Shown piece after piece: positions 1 to 14,100 of a DNA stretch of 64,000 nucleotides. Position numbers and translations under genes: made by a program. Positions within the stretch are counted from its first letter, which is position 1; each line of letters begins with the position of its first letter. Under the pieces are notes generated by a model. It did no database searches. It saw only the letters and a list, made by a program, of their open reading frames with translations, and was not told the DNA's origin. Origin of the DNA: Trichoplax adhaerens (lineage: Eukaryota; Animalia; Placozoa); the NCBI RefSeq assembly GCF_000150275.1, contig NW_002060945.1:941872-1005871 (forward strand). The letters run 5' to 3'.

Positions 1-806
1 AAAAATCTAAGCTAGACTGATTATAGATATTATCATGGCAACACAATTTGGGAGCAAACGGAGGCCTTTTGAGGTAGACTTCTTATACAAATCAGTTCCG
101 ATAGGTGGGAAATGGTTTTTGCAGATTTTTAGAGTATTACGGGAAGATAGTTAAATCTAGTCTATTAACTAGTTCCGGATCGTGACAGGAAATACTTAAA
201 ACACAAATTAAATTGATAATTTATAGCCTCCGCCGAAGATCAACTTCCTTTATAACGGATCGATATCAGATAAATAGGTTCCGCCAAGAAATCTAATTAG
301 ACTTATCCTAAGTGATAATGAATCAAACACTGTACTAGGAAAGATCCGAAATGCAATGGAATATGAAATAACTTTTTAACACATGCTAAATTTCATTCTG
401 TACGCATTTAAATTTTACTCATCGCAATAATAAGTTATAGTAGGTGTCACGGTAGTAAATTATATGAGGACTCTATTTTAGGTTATTTTTATATTTATTT
501 ATATTATACTGAAAGATTATCTTAGGTCAACATCTGGCCTTAGCAATGTGCACAATCTCTTCAACTAGAGGAAATTAACCTAATGTAAAGTTTGTTAAAC
601 TGTGTCCAGGAGTTTAATAGTAAAGAAGAAAATTGAAAAAAGATTGTATGTGTGACATTAACCAGTACGAGTAGAGTATCATGAATACGTAAAATTGGTC
701 CATTGTTACTTGTGTAACTAAACCGTTTAAAAGACTCAAAGCCTATTTAACTTGTGATCATCGCATCGCTAATAAATTAGATCCTGGTCTTTTAGTAAGA
801 TTAGTA

Positions 807-1062
807 GCCTTATTGTAATTTTCCCTAGTTTGATCTAGCGTTAGAATACCAGCGAATTGGTATTCCAATTTTAAAGTCGATTATGATTTTCCAGAAGGAT
901 TATATTATTTTACAGGCCTTATTGTGCTTCACTCTAGCGTAAATTAATCTAGCATTGGAATACCATCAAATTAGTATTCCAATTTCAAATTCGATTATGA
1001 TTTTAGAGGACTTATTATGATTTGTCCTGGCTTAATCTAATCGGTATTCCAATTTCAAGCTA
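807..1062 (+). repeat. Diverged tandem repeat (~110-bp unit, ~2.4 copies) containing a TTGGAATAC-N-GTATTCCAA inverted repeat
   Basis: gccttattgt at 807 and 916; atctagc.tt.gaatacc...tt.gtattccaattt.aa..tcgattatgatttt occurs twice; a third ggtattccaatttcaa occurs at ~1043. Confidence 0.8.
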
Positions 1063-4000
1063 AGGGAACAACATTCTCAATACAATGTACAAGTTAGGAA
1101 TATTCCTGGTCTATAATTAATAATGCACTATAACTTGACCACATACCCTACAAATATTGCTAAGTATCTTGTAGTATGGACGAAAAAGTTCTAATTGAAT
1201 TTGTTCAATTTCACCTTTGAGATGATTTAGTAATCTCATTCAATAATTCCTGCGAAATTCTGATAAATTGCTTTTGATAAATCAATGCTTTATTAACTCT
1301 TCTACCGAAAAAGCCCTTTTCTATTGATTAATACTAATTTGTTCTAATTTAGAGCAAGTTATTTTTCTATTTAACCCAGTTTAAATGTATTACGTTTAAA
1401 TTATTCTTTTAGTACAATAAGTTAATTAATTTCAAATTAATATAAGCAGATTTTTAAGGTTTAGCTATCTAATTTAAATATGTACAAGCGGACGAAATGG
1501 AAGATCCATTCCATTTTACAAATTAATTAATGCTAAATCTAAATAGCCAATAAGACTCTTGTCTCATACTATGAAACTGGTTTAAACAGGGTAGTGAAGG
1601 ATAGGTCAAATTATCCCGCAAAATTTTTCCTATCTTAGGTTGTAAGCCGGGGTAGCTTTTCTTAACGACTACATTAATTGTAGGTGTCAAAATCGTCAGC
1701 GAATAATTAGTATAAGATTTTATCCCTAATACTAATTGAAATGACTAACAAGATTTCATTTTCAAGGCATGAAATCGATTAAATCAAAGTGTAAAAGGTA
1801 ATCAAAATAAGAAAGTAAATCTTCTATTTCAAATCGGAAATCAAATTGAAGATTTAGATTCATTGCCTGGATAAAATTGTAAATAAATCATTTTAAACTA
1901 GCCTGTTTATCCTCACTAAAATACCGCAATGGTCATAAATGGTTAAATTAAAAGATACGGTAATTAAGTTGCAAAAAAATTAGATCATTTAAGCTTAGGG
2001 ATATTGAATTGTCCTCACCTGCAAGATTTGCAGCGTAACCCAAGAAAAAGGATAGCTTTGTGACAACTATCACAGCGTTGATTGCATAAAATCTTCCTTG
2101 TATAGCTAAAGTAAACAAGATGAGATTAATATTGAATGAAAGAGCTAATATGAAACATGATAATATAATAAAGTACGACAGCATATTCGATTTTTAAACA
2201 GCATACTGGCGCTAATCATTTAAAATTCAATATCAAAATCAATGGCGCCATATCTAGTTTGAATCTAGAAGTTATCATTTAAATTTCTACTTGGTCACTC
2301 ATGGAATTTACAAGAGAAAAATTGTGGATTTTTTTGTTGGGTACCGCCTTTTAGATGCGTAAGCTACACGAGCCTTAGCCAGATTTGCGTACAAAAATGG
2401 ATATTTTATATCATGCTGTTCGGTAGTTGAGCTATGTATTGGCTTTACGAACGATGTGTTAACAGGATATGTTTTCTTCTCCGTTTAAATGCAAATGAAA
2501 AGATAATATTAGAGACTCATGGCCCATTAAGTTGAATGTTTTATCTTAGCTTTTCATGGGTACCACAGTCATTCAGAAAAGAATAATGAAGATATTGCTT
2601 ATGATCGACATTTTAATTTGTTTGAGGTTTACTATCCTAAACCCACGGCCAAAGATTGCTTTTATCTTAGCTTACTTGACTGAGTTATAGATTCAAAGGT
2701 GTCATCGTGAACAAACGACTATAAAATTGGATATCTTTAATCTTAGACCGTATGAATGTGACTATCATAACTGCTAAAGAAGAAAAACATGATCTTCATT
2801 TCTTGAAGTAATATTTTAAAATATTACGGTAATTATATCGCCATAATGCGAATTTTAGTTTGTGTGAGTCTATCTTGTGTGAACGTTATTTAGAAAACAC
2901 CACTCTGCTATATCATGAGTTGGAAGTTTTACTTTATTTTATGGGAAAATTAAACATTGAAAGAAAAGAATGGAAAGACTGTTCTATAAAAGAATGATTC
3001 CATATTATTTCGTACGGTTAAAGAATTAGCTTGAAGCCGTCCATAGAATAGCATCCAAATGGGTATTCTTGTTTTATTTTATGCTGGCATTTTGGTCAAA
3101 GAAAAATGAGTATATTGCTTTAAAAGTAGATATTCTGATATCAGAAAGTGAATAACGGGTAATAAAAAATCCCTGCATATCAATTCTATTATGGATTTAT
3201 TGTACAATTCTAGAATGGGTTAATACTTAGGGGTGAACTAGTTACTCTTCTATTGATTAACTAAGTTGGCAAGGTCTGTATCAAGTGGCAAGCGGTCCTC
3301 TTTTTTGGCTTGGATAGTCAATATGAATTAATGTACGAGTACAGTCATGGCTGGAAAAAGAAACTATCTCGTGACTATAAATATAGCCGTTTCCGCCTAG
3401 AGATATATAAATCAGGTATAGACTATTTGTTCATTAAGCATTGATACGATGTACTATGTTAGTATTGAAGTAGATATTTTTGTAGCCTTCTTTTCGTATT
3501 AAAAAGAGGCGGCAAACCTTGAAGCCACCGCTTACGCAATCAATGATTTGATGTGAAGATTTTAGAAAATAAGCCATCAAATGTGCCTTTTAATAGCCAT
3601 TTTAATCCTTTATTAAGTTGGAATTGGTTATTTCTACCCTATAGAAAGGACCTATTAAACTTATACTTTCTTTAACTCTATTTATTAATTATCAATCTTC
3701 TCTAAATTCAATCTTTAAGTTTATGCTTGTAACTAAGACAAGTGCTATGAGTAAATTAATTAAGTTTACCTTAATCGAGAGATCAATTGTTCCTACTAGG
3801 GCAATTGATCTTTCATATTACTGTAATGTCGTAATTGTCCATCTGACATCAACATCCAAGAACTATTGATTTAGTTGTATAATACAATTCCTACTATTGA
3901 TTCGTATATTTTATACAGTAGTAAAATACATTGCAGCTAAGAGCGATTGAAATAGTTAACAATTTGATATTAGTTTTACATAGAAGGTAGCAATTTGGTC

Positions 4001-4984
4001 ATTGATCCATTTATACAATCGACAATAGATTGATTCTTACTTAGCTAAAAATGGATACCAGTCTATTAAGTCACCAATAGATGCATTTTTTCTCTCCTTG
4101 AGAACTGTCTATACTGTAGTATTGAACTGAACTAACGTTAGAAAATAATATTTTTACCTTAATAATACCGTTAATGATACTTTTAAGGAGGAAAAATAGA
4201 CTTGGATGGAGACAACGTTGTGGAAAAATTTAGGGGAAACACGGCTGATGAATATTTTTCAATCTTTAATTCTACTAAAATAACGGTGCTTCTATTGATT
4301 GACGACGCTTTAGAAGATTAGATGTTGATTATAGTATACTAACATGGGTATAAGCATATGGAATTCATTTCTTCTAATAGCGCCATTTCAACCAAAGTAG
4401 GACTATAGGAGGAATAGTAATAAGGCCTAATTGATGTATAAGTAATACAATTGCTATTCTAGACCATCAGATCAAATTGATCATCATCCGTAGAATATAT
4501 AAACTACTTGTGGAGAAAAGCAGAGGGTAAAATGACTAATCAAGATGGTAAGGCTTTGAAGAAAAACACTTTATTGTGTAATAGCGGTAAGAAAAGAGAA
4601 ACCAGGAAAGAACAGCAGTATCGACACCACCATTTATAAGCGACATTTGATAAAGCCATTGCTGAATCGTATCAGAAGACGATAAAGAAATTTGAATGTC
4701 TTAATAATAACAGTGGAAAATGATTGATGACTGTAGTTGGATTATAATGCCATTAATCCAATCAATTATATATAACCCATCTACTAAGAGAAAACTCCTT
4801 TTGGACAGAAAACTTTATTAAGCTAGGCTACAGCAATACGATGCTATAAAATTAAAGTTGAAATCATTATCTGATTTACAAATAGACTGAAAGGGATACG
4901 AGTGATTTTCGTTTAACTTTCAGAAAAATAAATGTGGAAAAATTCAAATATAGATCATGGATGAGTCAAAATTCTTTGTGGTTT

Positions 4985-5162
4985 AATAGGAAATCTCCTG
5001 TTCAATAGCTGTATAGACCAAGCGAAATTCATGTAATAAGGCAACATTAAACAGTCAAAGTTCATAGTGATTCAATAAGAAATTCTCCTGTTCAGTAGTT
5101 ACTTCGATCAAGTAAAATCCATGTAATAAGGTAATGTTTAACCGTAGCTGAAGTGATGACTC
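4985..5162 (+). repeat. Diverged 2-copy tandem repeat (~89 bp)
   Basis: aata.gaaat.ctcctgttca.tag...caag..aaat.catgtaataagg.aa at 4985 and 5074. Confidence 0.75.
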
Positions 5163-8100
5163 GGTTAGCTAATAATTTTGTAATAATAGAGATACAAATT
5201 GGTATAAATAGGATTAAAAAGAAACGAAGAAACAGATAGAGGGTTGACTGATTCTCCTTTCCTTCCCCCGGAATTTCTAGATGATTTCATAGGAAGAATC
5301 CTTTAGATCGATATTTGCTATGTATTAAAAATATGTTTAAAGTTCTATTGCAGTACTATACTATAATTAGAAATAGAATTCAATTTACTAATAGATCTAA
5401 AAGCGTATAAGTATTCAATCTCCACGATAAGAAAGTTAGGGAGAAAATAGAAGATAAGATAATGCCACTGAATGCTAATAAAATTTCACATGGTTTACGG
5501 TTAAGCTCTTTCAAGATAGCTGCGTCATATTTCCACATTATACTGTTGTTCTAGTCATAGCCCCATCTATTAATGGAATGGCAAGGAGTAAATGTCTAAT
5601 ATAAATAAGCATGCAATCATAAAGAAGTAAAGAAAAGTAGATGATAGGTGATGTCATTGGCTAGCAAAGGATTATTCGAATGTTTTCTCCATCATACTTT
5701 CAATAATAAAACCGGATAATCGAGTAAAAATCAATCTAGTCAATACATAAAAAAAATAAATTATAATTTTCTAGCGTGAATATGAGAGAAAATAACTATC
5801 ATATTTTGATAATCATACAGATAAAAAAATTGGCCACCAATTGAGTTACTCTTTGAAAGTGCCAAAAGGCGATGATAGAAGTAGCACAGCTTGGACAGAT
5901 GGCAATATATTACGGCTAGTAAAACTGCAATAGAGTCTTACAATATTAGAGGACGTTGCTATTGCCGATATTGATTTTAAGGATAGGTAAATCAATATTC
6001 CTAGCATTTACAGATGGATATAACAGCATCAGAAAGTGATGGAGAAAGTAAGATGTCTTACGATATCGTGAATCTTCAATAAAAGCTAAATCAGATAGCT
6101 TTAATTTTGAAGTAGCGACAAGGGAAAAAATAGGAAACTGCTTTCAATAATATTGAGTTGAGTATGAGAAGATCACTAAATGTGTATTATTCACAGTTAT
6201 TGGGAATGGACTTTTTTTATGCAGATTAATCCATCATCAATTAGATTTATCCTACATCTAAAATGAATCAAATAGATTTCCAGCCAAGACTACTGTAGTA
6301 GCACCGTATCCCTTGACTGGAGAGAGCCTATACCCAATCTGTCGATTGATTTTATTTTTAAGTCAGAGTATGGCGCATAGTATATAGAACAATCAATAAT
6401 TATTGGCGATTAGAGTAACAAGGAAGATCCAGATAAAAAAAATAATGGAAAGATAGAAAATTGAATTTTGTTAAAATTTTGTTCATTTTATAACTAGTTT
6501 ATATCATAGTGGGAACTGAGCTTCGAGTTAAGATCTTTTAATTTACCTATGCTGGCGTTTCATCATGTTTAGATCAAATTGAAGCAATCTGAGTCATGAA
6601 CCAATTAAATATTCACCCAATAATACCTCGATTCACCTTGGCAGCGAGCCACTTCTAGAAGAAGAATTTTCAAATATCTAGCGGATATAGCCCAAGAAAG
6701 GATCGACGTATAACTAGCTAAAAAATAGTCAAACAGCTTCAGTTTAATAGAATACCAATGGAATTGAAGATCAATGCCAAGATGATAAAGATCGATAGAC
6801 TAAAATGTGTCAATACTTGCCCCTGAATGTTCCTATTGAATGTGCTTAAATTTCTTTTCTCTTGACTACTTTACCCTTCAAGCCTTTTCTTTTTTACCCT
6901 GCAGTTGGTTATAAACTTGATGTAATACTAGGCCTTGCGACGCAATCCTGTTGGTAGATATAATAACCTTCGGTCAATAGCATCAACAAAATTTGTTCCG
7001 TTATTCACTTGATGATGGCTTTGTTCTATTCTAATTATATTGTTCAAATGATGTTGGAATAGTGTATAGAATAGCGTGGATATCAATAAACAACAAGATC
7101 ATATAGAAATCATGATAATAATGGATATTTTCTTCAACTGTATTTTCAGTTCTTTTCATCATGGTCGTATCTATTCATCAAGCAGTTGTCAATATTGTAA
7201 AGAAATTGGGAAATATATTCATTGATAAGTGAAAAATACCAGTAGCCCCTAAGGATACGATCCAGCCTTCATATCCTCTATCGATGCACTTTTAAATGGC
7301 CCAGTTATGTGCTACAAAATGATACTGAATGGCTGAATATTGAGAACAAAGTCATTTGATTATGGATGATTTTTTTCTCACCATCTCCTAATTCAATTCA
7401 ATTTCCTTCCAACCAAGTAAATAAAGTCGTTTCTCAGAATTACTATCATATTAATTATAATTTGTCCATGCAATCACAGATAATTCATAGTATTGGAGCA
7501 CTTGGCTATCCGTTAACCTATTATAATCAACAATCATTTATTCCAGTAAAACTTCAAAAGCACATTGATAACTATCGTCTTTGCGTCGTACAATTTGATA
7601 ATCTATGATCATCTTCATTGACTATATTATTAATCTTATACATTGACCGCTTATATTAGCTAAAATGGAGCTAGTATACAGGCTAAAAGCTGTGTAGAAA
7701 ACGCACATTTTTTTCTTATGATTGATAATTATACTGTAATAGTTATTCTCCAAGACAGATAAGGTGTCTTTGCATTACTGACAACTTACTATTGAGATCA
7801 AGAAAAGAATTAACTTAGATATCCTTCAAATATTCACTGATTATGCCTATTATAGACAGAGCTACAAGATGTGCAATAATAAATGATCCTAATGACTTTA
7901 AAAATCCAATCTTCTTATATTGTGTAAATGCGTTATTTTTGATGATTTATGAACACTAAATTACATTGTTAGTAAATGCCTTTTCCAATTAAGTAAAAAA
8001 TTAATTATAAAAGATTAACTGTGATATGGTCCTACTAAACATTTGCTGCTTATGACGATTAAAATGTAGTTACTAAATGCAATTTGCTCATGGTCTAAAA

Positions 8101-11100
8101 AAGTTTTCCAATATTTACGTTACTGTAAGGAAAGCAATCATTTCTTCAAAGTCTGCAACAATTCCTCTTACAATTCGTATTCATAGGCTTCCGGAATACG
8201 TAAGGAAATAAACAATCGATATGCAATCAATTCTAATATCACTCCCTTAGACCCACCTTTTATGTCTACTAGCATACAGTGGCTTTTGTTTCACTAAAAT
8301 CCAAACATTTGTTCTACTCGTCTAAGAAATTGCTGTTGTGCAGGATTTGTACAACATTATCTTTCAGCTCAAGTAAAGAATCGATAGACTTTATTCATTT
8401 CATCTCTGCTCTATTATTATCAGTAAACGGAAGATACCCTTATATTAGACTATAACCATGTAAATCAGTAAGTTTCAAATGGATCGATATCATGAAGGTT
8501 ATTATGTCATAATCTCAATTTCCATTAGCTGCAATATGTGCCGTAATCTACAAATGAATTTGAATAAAAAGATGGATGTTACTCAATTTTTCCACTAGTC
8601 ATAGAATATTATTCTGTTTGTTATTAAGTTAACCGATAAATTGAGGGTATGAGCCCCTTTCAGAAATAAAATAGTTCTTGCTTTGCATCCTTGAGCTACA
8701 GTGGATACCGCATAGTATCATTATGATCGATTTTTATTCAAATTGTCTACTATTTATATGCATTTAACTATAGCCATAAAGCGAAGGCAGTCTGGATGGG
8801 AAATTGTTTTATGATATTAAAAACAGATTACACTTAGGTAATATTACAGCGATCATTTCAATTTTTATCCACTAGCTATAAATTTCACGTTTATGCCTAA
8901 CCCGAGCGATAGAGAATTTTGATAAGCGTATTTCTAAGAATCGTTAAACACCCATTTTGGTGTACATAACGGACACTATTTGACTAGAATAACATCAATT
9001 TACTCCATTTTAGTCGTTCTATACTGTATTTAATTAAGCATCCAGTATTTGTGCAATTATGTGTCTACCTAAATGACTATGACCTTAATTTTTCCCATAT
9101 CGGGATAAAACGCTACTTTTGCACGACCAAGGATACTGAGGTATACTTTTACGAATCCTAAAACCCGGACGTAATCATGTTAAATCAATTATTTTTCACT
9201 TTCTCATTTAAGGTGAAATAATGCAGTTCGGCTGTTATTTCAATGACCGTATGATATCTTCTAAAAGTTATGATGGTAATTGTCTAGATAGGTAATAAGT
9301 ATTCGATTGCATATTCGGAGAAATTATGACTGATCTCATTTCGATATAAGAAGTAACCCATAAAAGCTAAAAATTACCTTATTATTCAGGTTTTACCTTC
9401 GAATTAATAAAGAATCAATTCTTTAAACTTTGAAGTAATTTCTTGCTCGATTTTCAGAAAGGCGAAGACAACAATTGACAGACGATGATACAGTTGATGC
9501 AATTATGAAAATACCGCTACTCTATCTTAACAACTGTTATAAAGATAATTAGATTATAACAAACATCTTATGAGCGAAATATAGCAGCCAATTTTGCAAA
9601 CGGTCATTTTAATTCATAATAAGATCAATTCTATAACTATTATCAATTTTGACCAACCAATAGTGCTATTAAATTAAATATTACTGACTAGTTAGCGCCC
9701 ACACGTTATAGTCTGTTGCATAGTTCTGGATAATAATTGTCTGATATAGAAGCCTTATCATCATTATGTAGAGAATACGCTTGATGATTATAATATTAAA
9801 GGATAGTATATCCATCTTAATAATCGACCGTCAAGATTTCATTATTCCTGCGCGTCTATCCAAGATAGCATTTCTTGTATAGATATTCAATACAGAAATA
9901 TAGATACCAAGAAATTGGTAAAAATTTCTTGAAGTAAGAATAGGTTAGAGCTAATTGATACTTATCCTTTCAAACAATCATCGAGTAGCTTGGACAATGT
10001 TATGAAAGGCCAGCTGCAATTTAGTGTTTACTTACTAATTAAATATCGTATTGTTAGTTATGGAATCCTTACACTTTTGTTGCTAAGCAATAGGGTGGAT
10101 ATTTCTGGTGTTCAGACAGATATATTTGAAATTCAATTAACAAAAAATCTCATTTTTTATCATACCGTCCATCATTTATTTCATGCTATAGTTCCTGACC
10201 ATGCTGATATTGAGCTTGTTAGTAAAATTATTCAGTATGACATTATTTTAAATTCATGGCATCATACAATATATAGCGTAGTATTTGTCATAGTTGCAAT
10301 GCAAAATGCTGGATATTCGATAAATAAAAGTCAAAAGGTTGACCGAAAGAGATTAATAAACGGTGGAATATTAATTAAATGTCATTCAATAGGAGCAAAT
10401 ATTACTCGTTAGGATAATTATTTATTCGATATTTTAGTTCGATATTTGCTACTAATTCATTAATTATGAAAAGATTATATCAGATAGTCTAGATATTTTC
10501 TGGATCAAGTAATATTGAATCACATCGAGTTTTAGCTACATACATCATAGCAAATTTAAAATTGTCGTAGATTAGAGAAGAAATTGAATATCCAGATACG
10601 ATCTACACACTGGTTGTTTGTAGAATATTTCAATGTTGCATTTTTTATTGCTATAACATATTCTGCGTTTAGTAATTTATAAAATCCTTTCAATATATAA
10701 AGCGCCACGTCATATATATGTTTAATTATTAATATAATAATAGACTCTTATTATATATATTATATTTATGTTTTTCCCAGTATCATGTTATATGGTTTTT
10801 AAAGGAAGTGATTTCATAAAATTATATTTCTTTAGCATATAACATTGATTTGGATATGAAACTTGAAAGGTTAGGGATAAAGTTTAAGCTTTAAAAAGTT
10901 AGATTATGAAATGAATCTTATAAAAAAATGCCCGTAGTGCCTAATGAACTAGCAAGTAGAATAAGTAGCTAAGTCCTACAAATGATTTTAATGTTAGTTG
11001 TTCTGGATCAAATAGTATTAGGGTCGAATGCTATAGCTGTTGCCTGATAGTTTTTCTTCCTGCAATCGAATACTAGATGTACTCGTATACATTACGCCAC

Positions 11101-14100
11101 TACCATGGGTAACATGATACGATTTTAAAGAAACATTTTACATATTTCTTTCATCCCAAATACAATAAGGTAATTGTTAATTTAAAATAAAAATAAGCTT
11201 AATTTTACTGTTGGATAAATGTAGGTTATAACAATTAGGCTCAGCGTAATGATCCTGAAGGCCATATTAAAATTAATTCGATTGAATAGACAGCATTGTT
11301 AGATGTTGTGACCAAAATTTTGTTATTTTAAGTTACGCAAATTACAATCTATCACTTTGGAATAGTATCACTGATCAGTCTCTTGCCCATTCCAAATCTA
11401 AATATAATGATGAAAACTATTGCACCATCAGAGTAATAAAAACTTAATATGAGATGAGATTCTTATATCATTAACAATAATAATGCTAAATCATAGCTCT
11501 ATTTTAGCCTTTGCTGCAGAGAAATTGCTAATATCAATACTTCGACGAAATTAATATAATATCTATGAGATATTCTGTCCAATAATTTACCATGATTATT
11601 CAGTATAGTAATTTATGGAAATGATATTGTGTGAAATCTTACAGATCCAATAGATTTAAATTTAATATATTCGTATATTACAGGACGATACAGTACCATG
11701 CAATCCCTAACATCGAACAATCATTAATCAACTGATTTTGCATTTTAAATTAATATCGCTTTCTGATGTACTGTATAATTTGTTTCTATTGTAAAGGGAT
11801 TGGCTAAATGAAATAAATACAATTAGCAGGCAGAAGGTGACTTTATCTACATGATGGTTAGCAGAACTTGTGAATGATAGCTTTTATGTACATTAAATCC
11901 ATAATTGCTGAAAGGCTATTTCTTCTTGTTTCAGAAATATTTTATACGCATACGTTCAATTCCCCATTTTTATGTTATTTTTTTGGTGGAAGAAGGCTTT
12001 AATAAGACTACTATCTAATATAGAGTACACTCTTCCTTATTCGTACATTCATGCAGAAGTGCTTGAAAGTTCTTGGTTATTTCATTCCGTCTAATACTAA
12101 GAAAAATTAAATTGGGGTGGCGATGATAGGATAACGTAAATAATTATTTTTAATTAGCCATGTTGTGATTAGTGCATCAAAATATCATCTTACTAGGCCT
12201 TAGTTGATGTTGATTACATTTACAATCTTAGAGTATCTCCAAGAGGTATATGAAAGAAAAAACAATCAAAATTTACTGACTGTTTATAATGAAAATGGAT
12301 ATCGTTAATAGTAAATGAAGAATAATATCAAATCGTTGCTTTGTTAAAATTTGTTTACATGAACATCTGCCATGGTATTAATTAAATTAATCTCTCTTAA
12401 TGTAATAGACAAGATAATATTGGTTTTATATTTTACATTTTTAAGGCTTACTTTTGAGTAGGATGCACTAACATTTATTTCATTGCATACTTGATATGTA
12501 CTTTGTAATATATATTAGGTCCTTGTACTAAGTGTCCTGAATGCCTTAAATATTTTTCAATTTTTCACTTCCTGTCATAAAATTGTTAAGATATTTATGC
12601 TGTATAACAACTTTGCTAATAGAGTTTGACTACAGGGTAAATTGACTCTAGGTTAGTGCATGCTGTAATTCTGGCTATGATATTGATAGAATGACAGCAT
12701 GAACAAACTCAAACCGAATTATGTTGATAAGTAGCTTGAAGTGATAGGCAATAGATTAATAGAGGAATGTAGTATAGTATATAGATATTACTTATTTGTA
12801 GTATTGTGATATTTTAAATACGTTACCGGTAATTATTTTATAGCCTAGAGTAAGATATATGATCGCTATAAGCCTGGACATTCTTTACATAGTTCTTCTA
12901 AACCCGGCATGGGAAATTTGTTTTGATAACTATTATGTATAGTACTCATGGGTATATGCATATATGGAATATTGTGATATAAGCGACTATCAATTGTGGA
13001 TTAGTGGACAGTATTCCATATACCTATAGCATAGTTAACTATATTTTACGTAATGTGACAGATTACATGAAATAATAATGATATAAGAAATAGATTCTAT
13101 AGCAACGTATATATCTCTGATGATAAATAGTAAGATAACGGTACCAGTCGCAGATGAGTCTAGTAGTATCAAAGGTGTTACATTTAGGCACTAGGATAGT
13201 CGAATCCTACTAGTAAGTAATTTAGAGACGAAAGCTATAGCCTTAAGTGTGAATAGAAGACGCTTCGATAGCCGATATCAGCAGGTATTATTAACTAACG
13301 TCTGATGGGTCCAGAGTGAGGGATGGTGATCAAACCTGACTTAGGATCTCTCACTCTAACATACCATACTAAATGTAAGAGTTGAGATAAGGGAATCTAT
13401 AAGATAGATTTCGATTATGGTCTACGAGAAATTAACTAGGTTAGCTTGGTTAATATGTTGCTATGAAAGATATAAATGACTGACTCCTTTATAAAGGAGT
13501 TCAGTCTAAGAACTAGCAGAGCATCAGTTACGTTATCTAAGTTTTACTACTGTAATATACGACAACAATTCTGATATAATATACTGCCTTGGACTACTAG
13601 ATGTAATTTAGCTGTCCATGATGCTGCTTCATCAGCTATGACCGCAATCATAGTGCAACTTAGCAATAATGCTGAATTATTATAACTGGTTTGATTGCCT
13701 TTCTTGGTACGAGATGCTGTGTTAATTTTAGGTATAATATCTGACTGAATAACAGGAATAAATAGCTAAAATAATTTATTTATGCTTTAAGTCTGTTGTA
13801 GAGTGCAATGTAATGTATAGACATTTTCATCACCAAGTATAAAGCACTGTTTTAAAATCAGATATCTCTCACATTTATACGAACAATTGCTGATACCTAA
13901 TTTGATTTAGACATATTACCGTCCGTTAACATCTAAACGAGAATTTCTCGTTTGCATTTTGCACGTATGAGGGAAGAGTAGAAAGAAAACAGTACCTACA
14001 GTTTATATACATTTGTCGGTAATATTGATTAATTAAACAAATTTATTTTTAATAGTATGCGTATGATCCTATATTAATATATCATTATACAATAAGCACT

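Noticed and set aside
27-380. Exon-like fragments at the window start
   Set aside because: Could be the tail of an upstream gene, but no frame-consistent chain or protein motif was identified.
9990-10412. 140-aa ORF in the gene-poor region
   Set aside because: TTG start, low-complexity AT-rich codons, no recognisable motif or supporting exon chain.
13478-13506. Short palindrome gactgactcctttataaaggagttcagtc
   Set aside because: Single short dyad with no context; plausible by chance in 64 kb.
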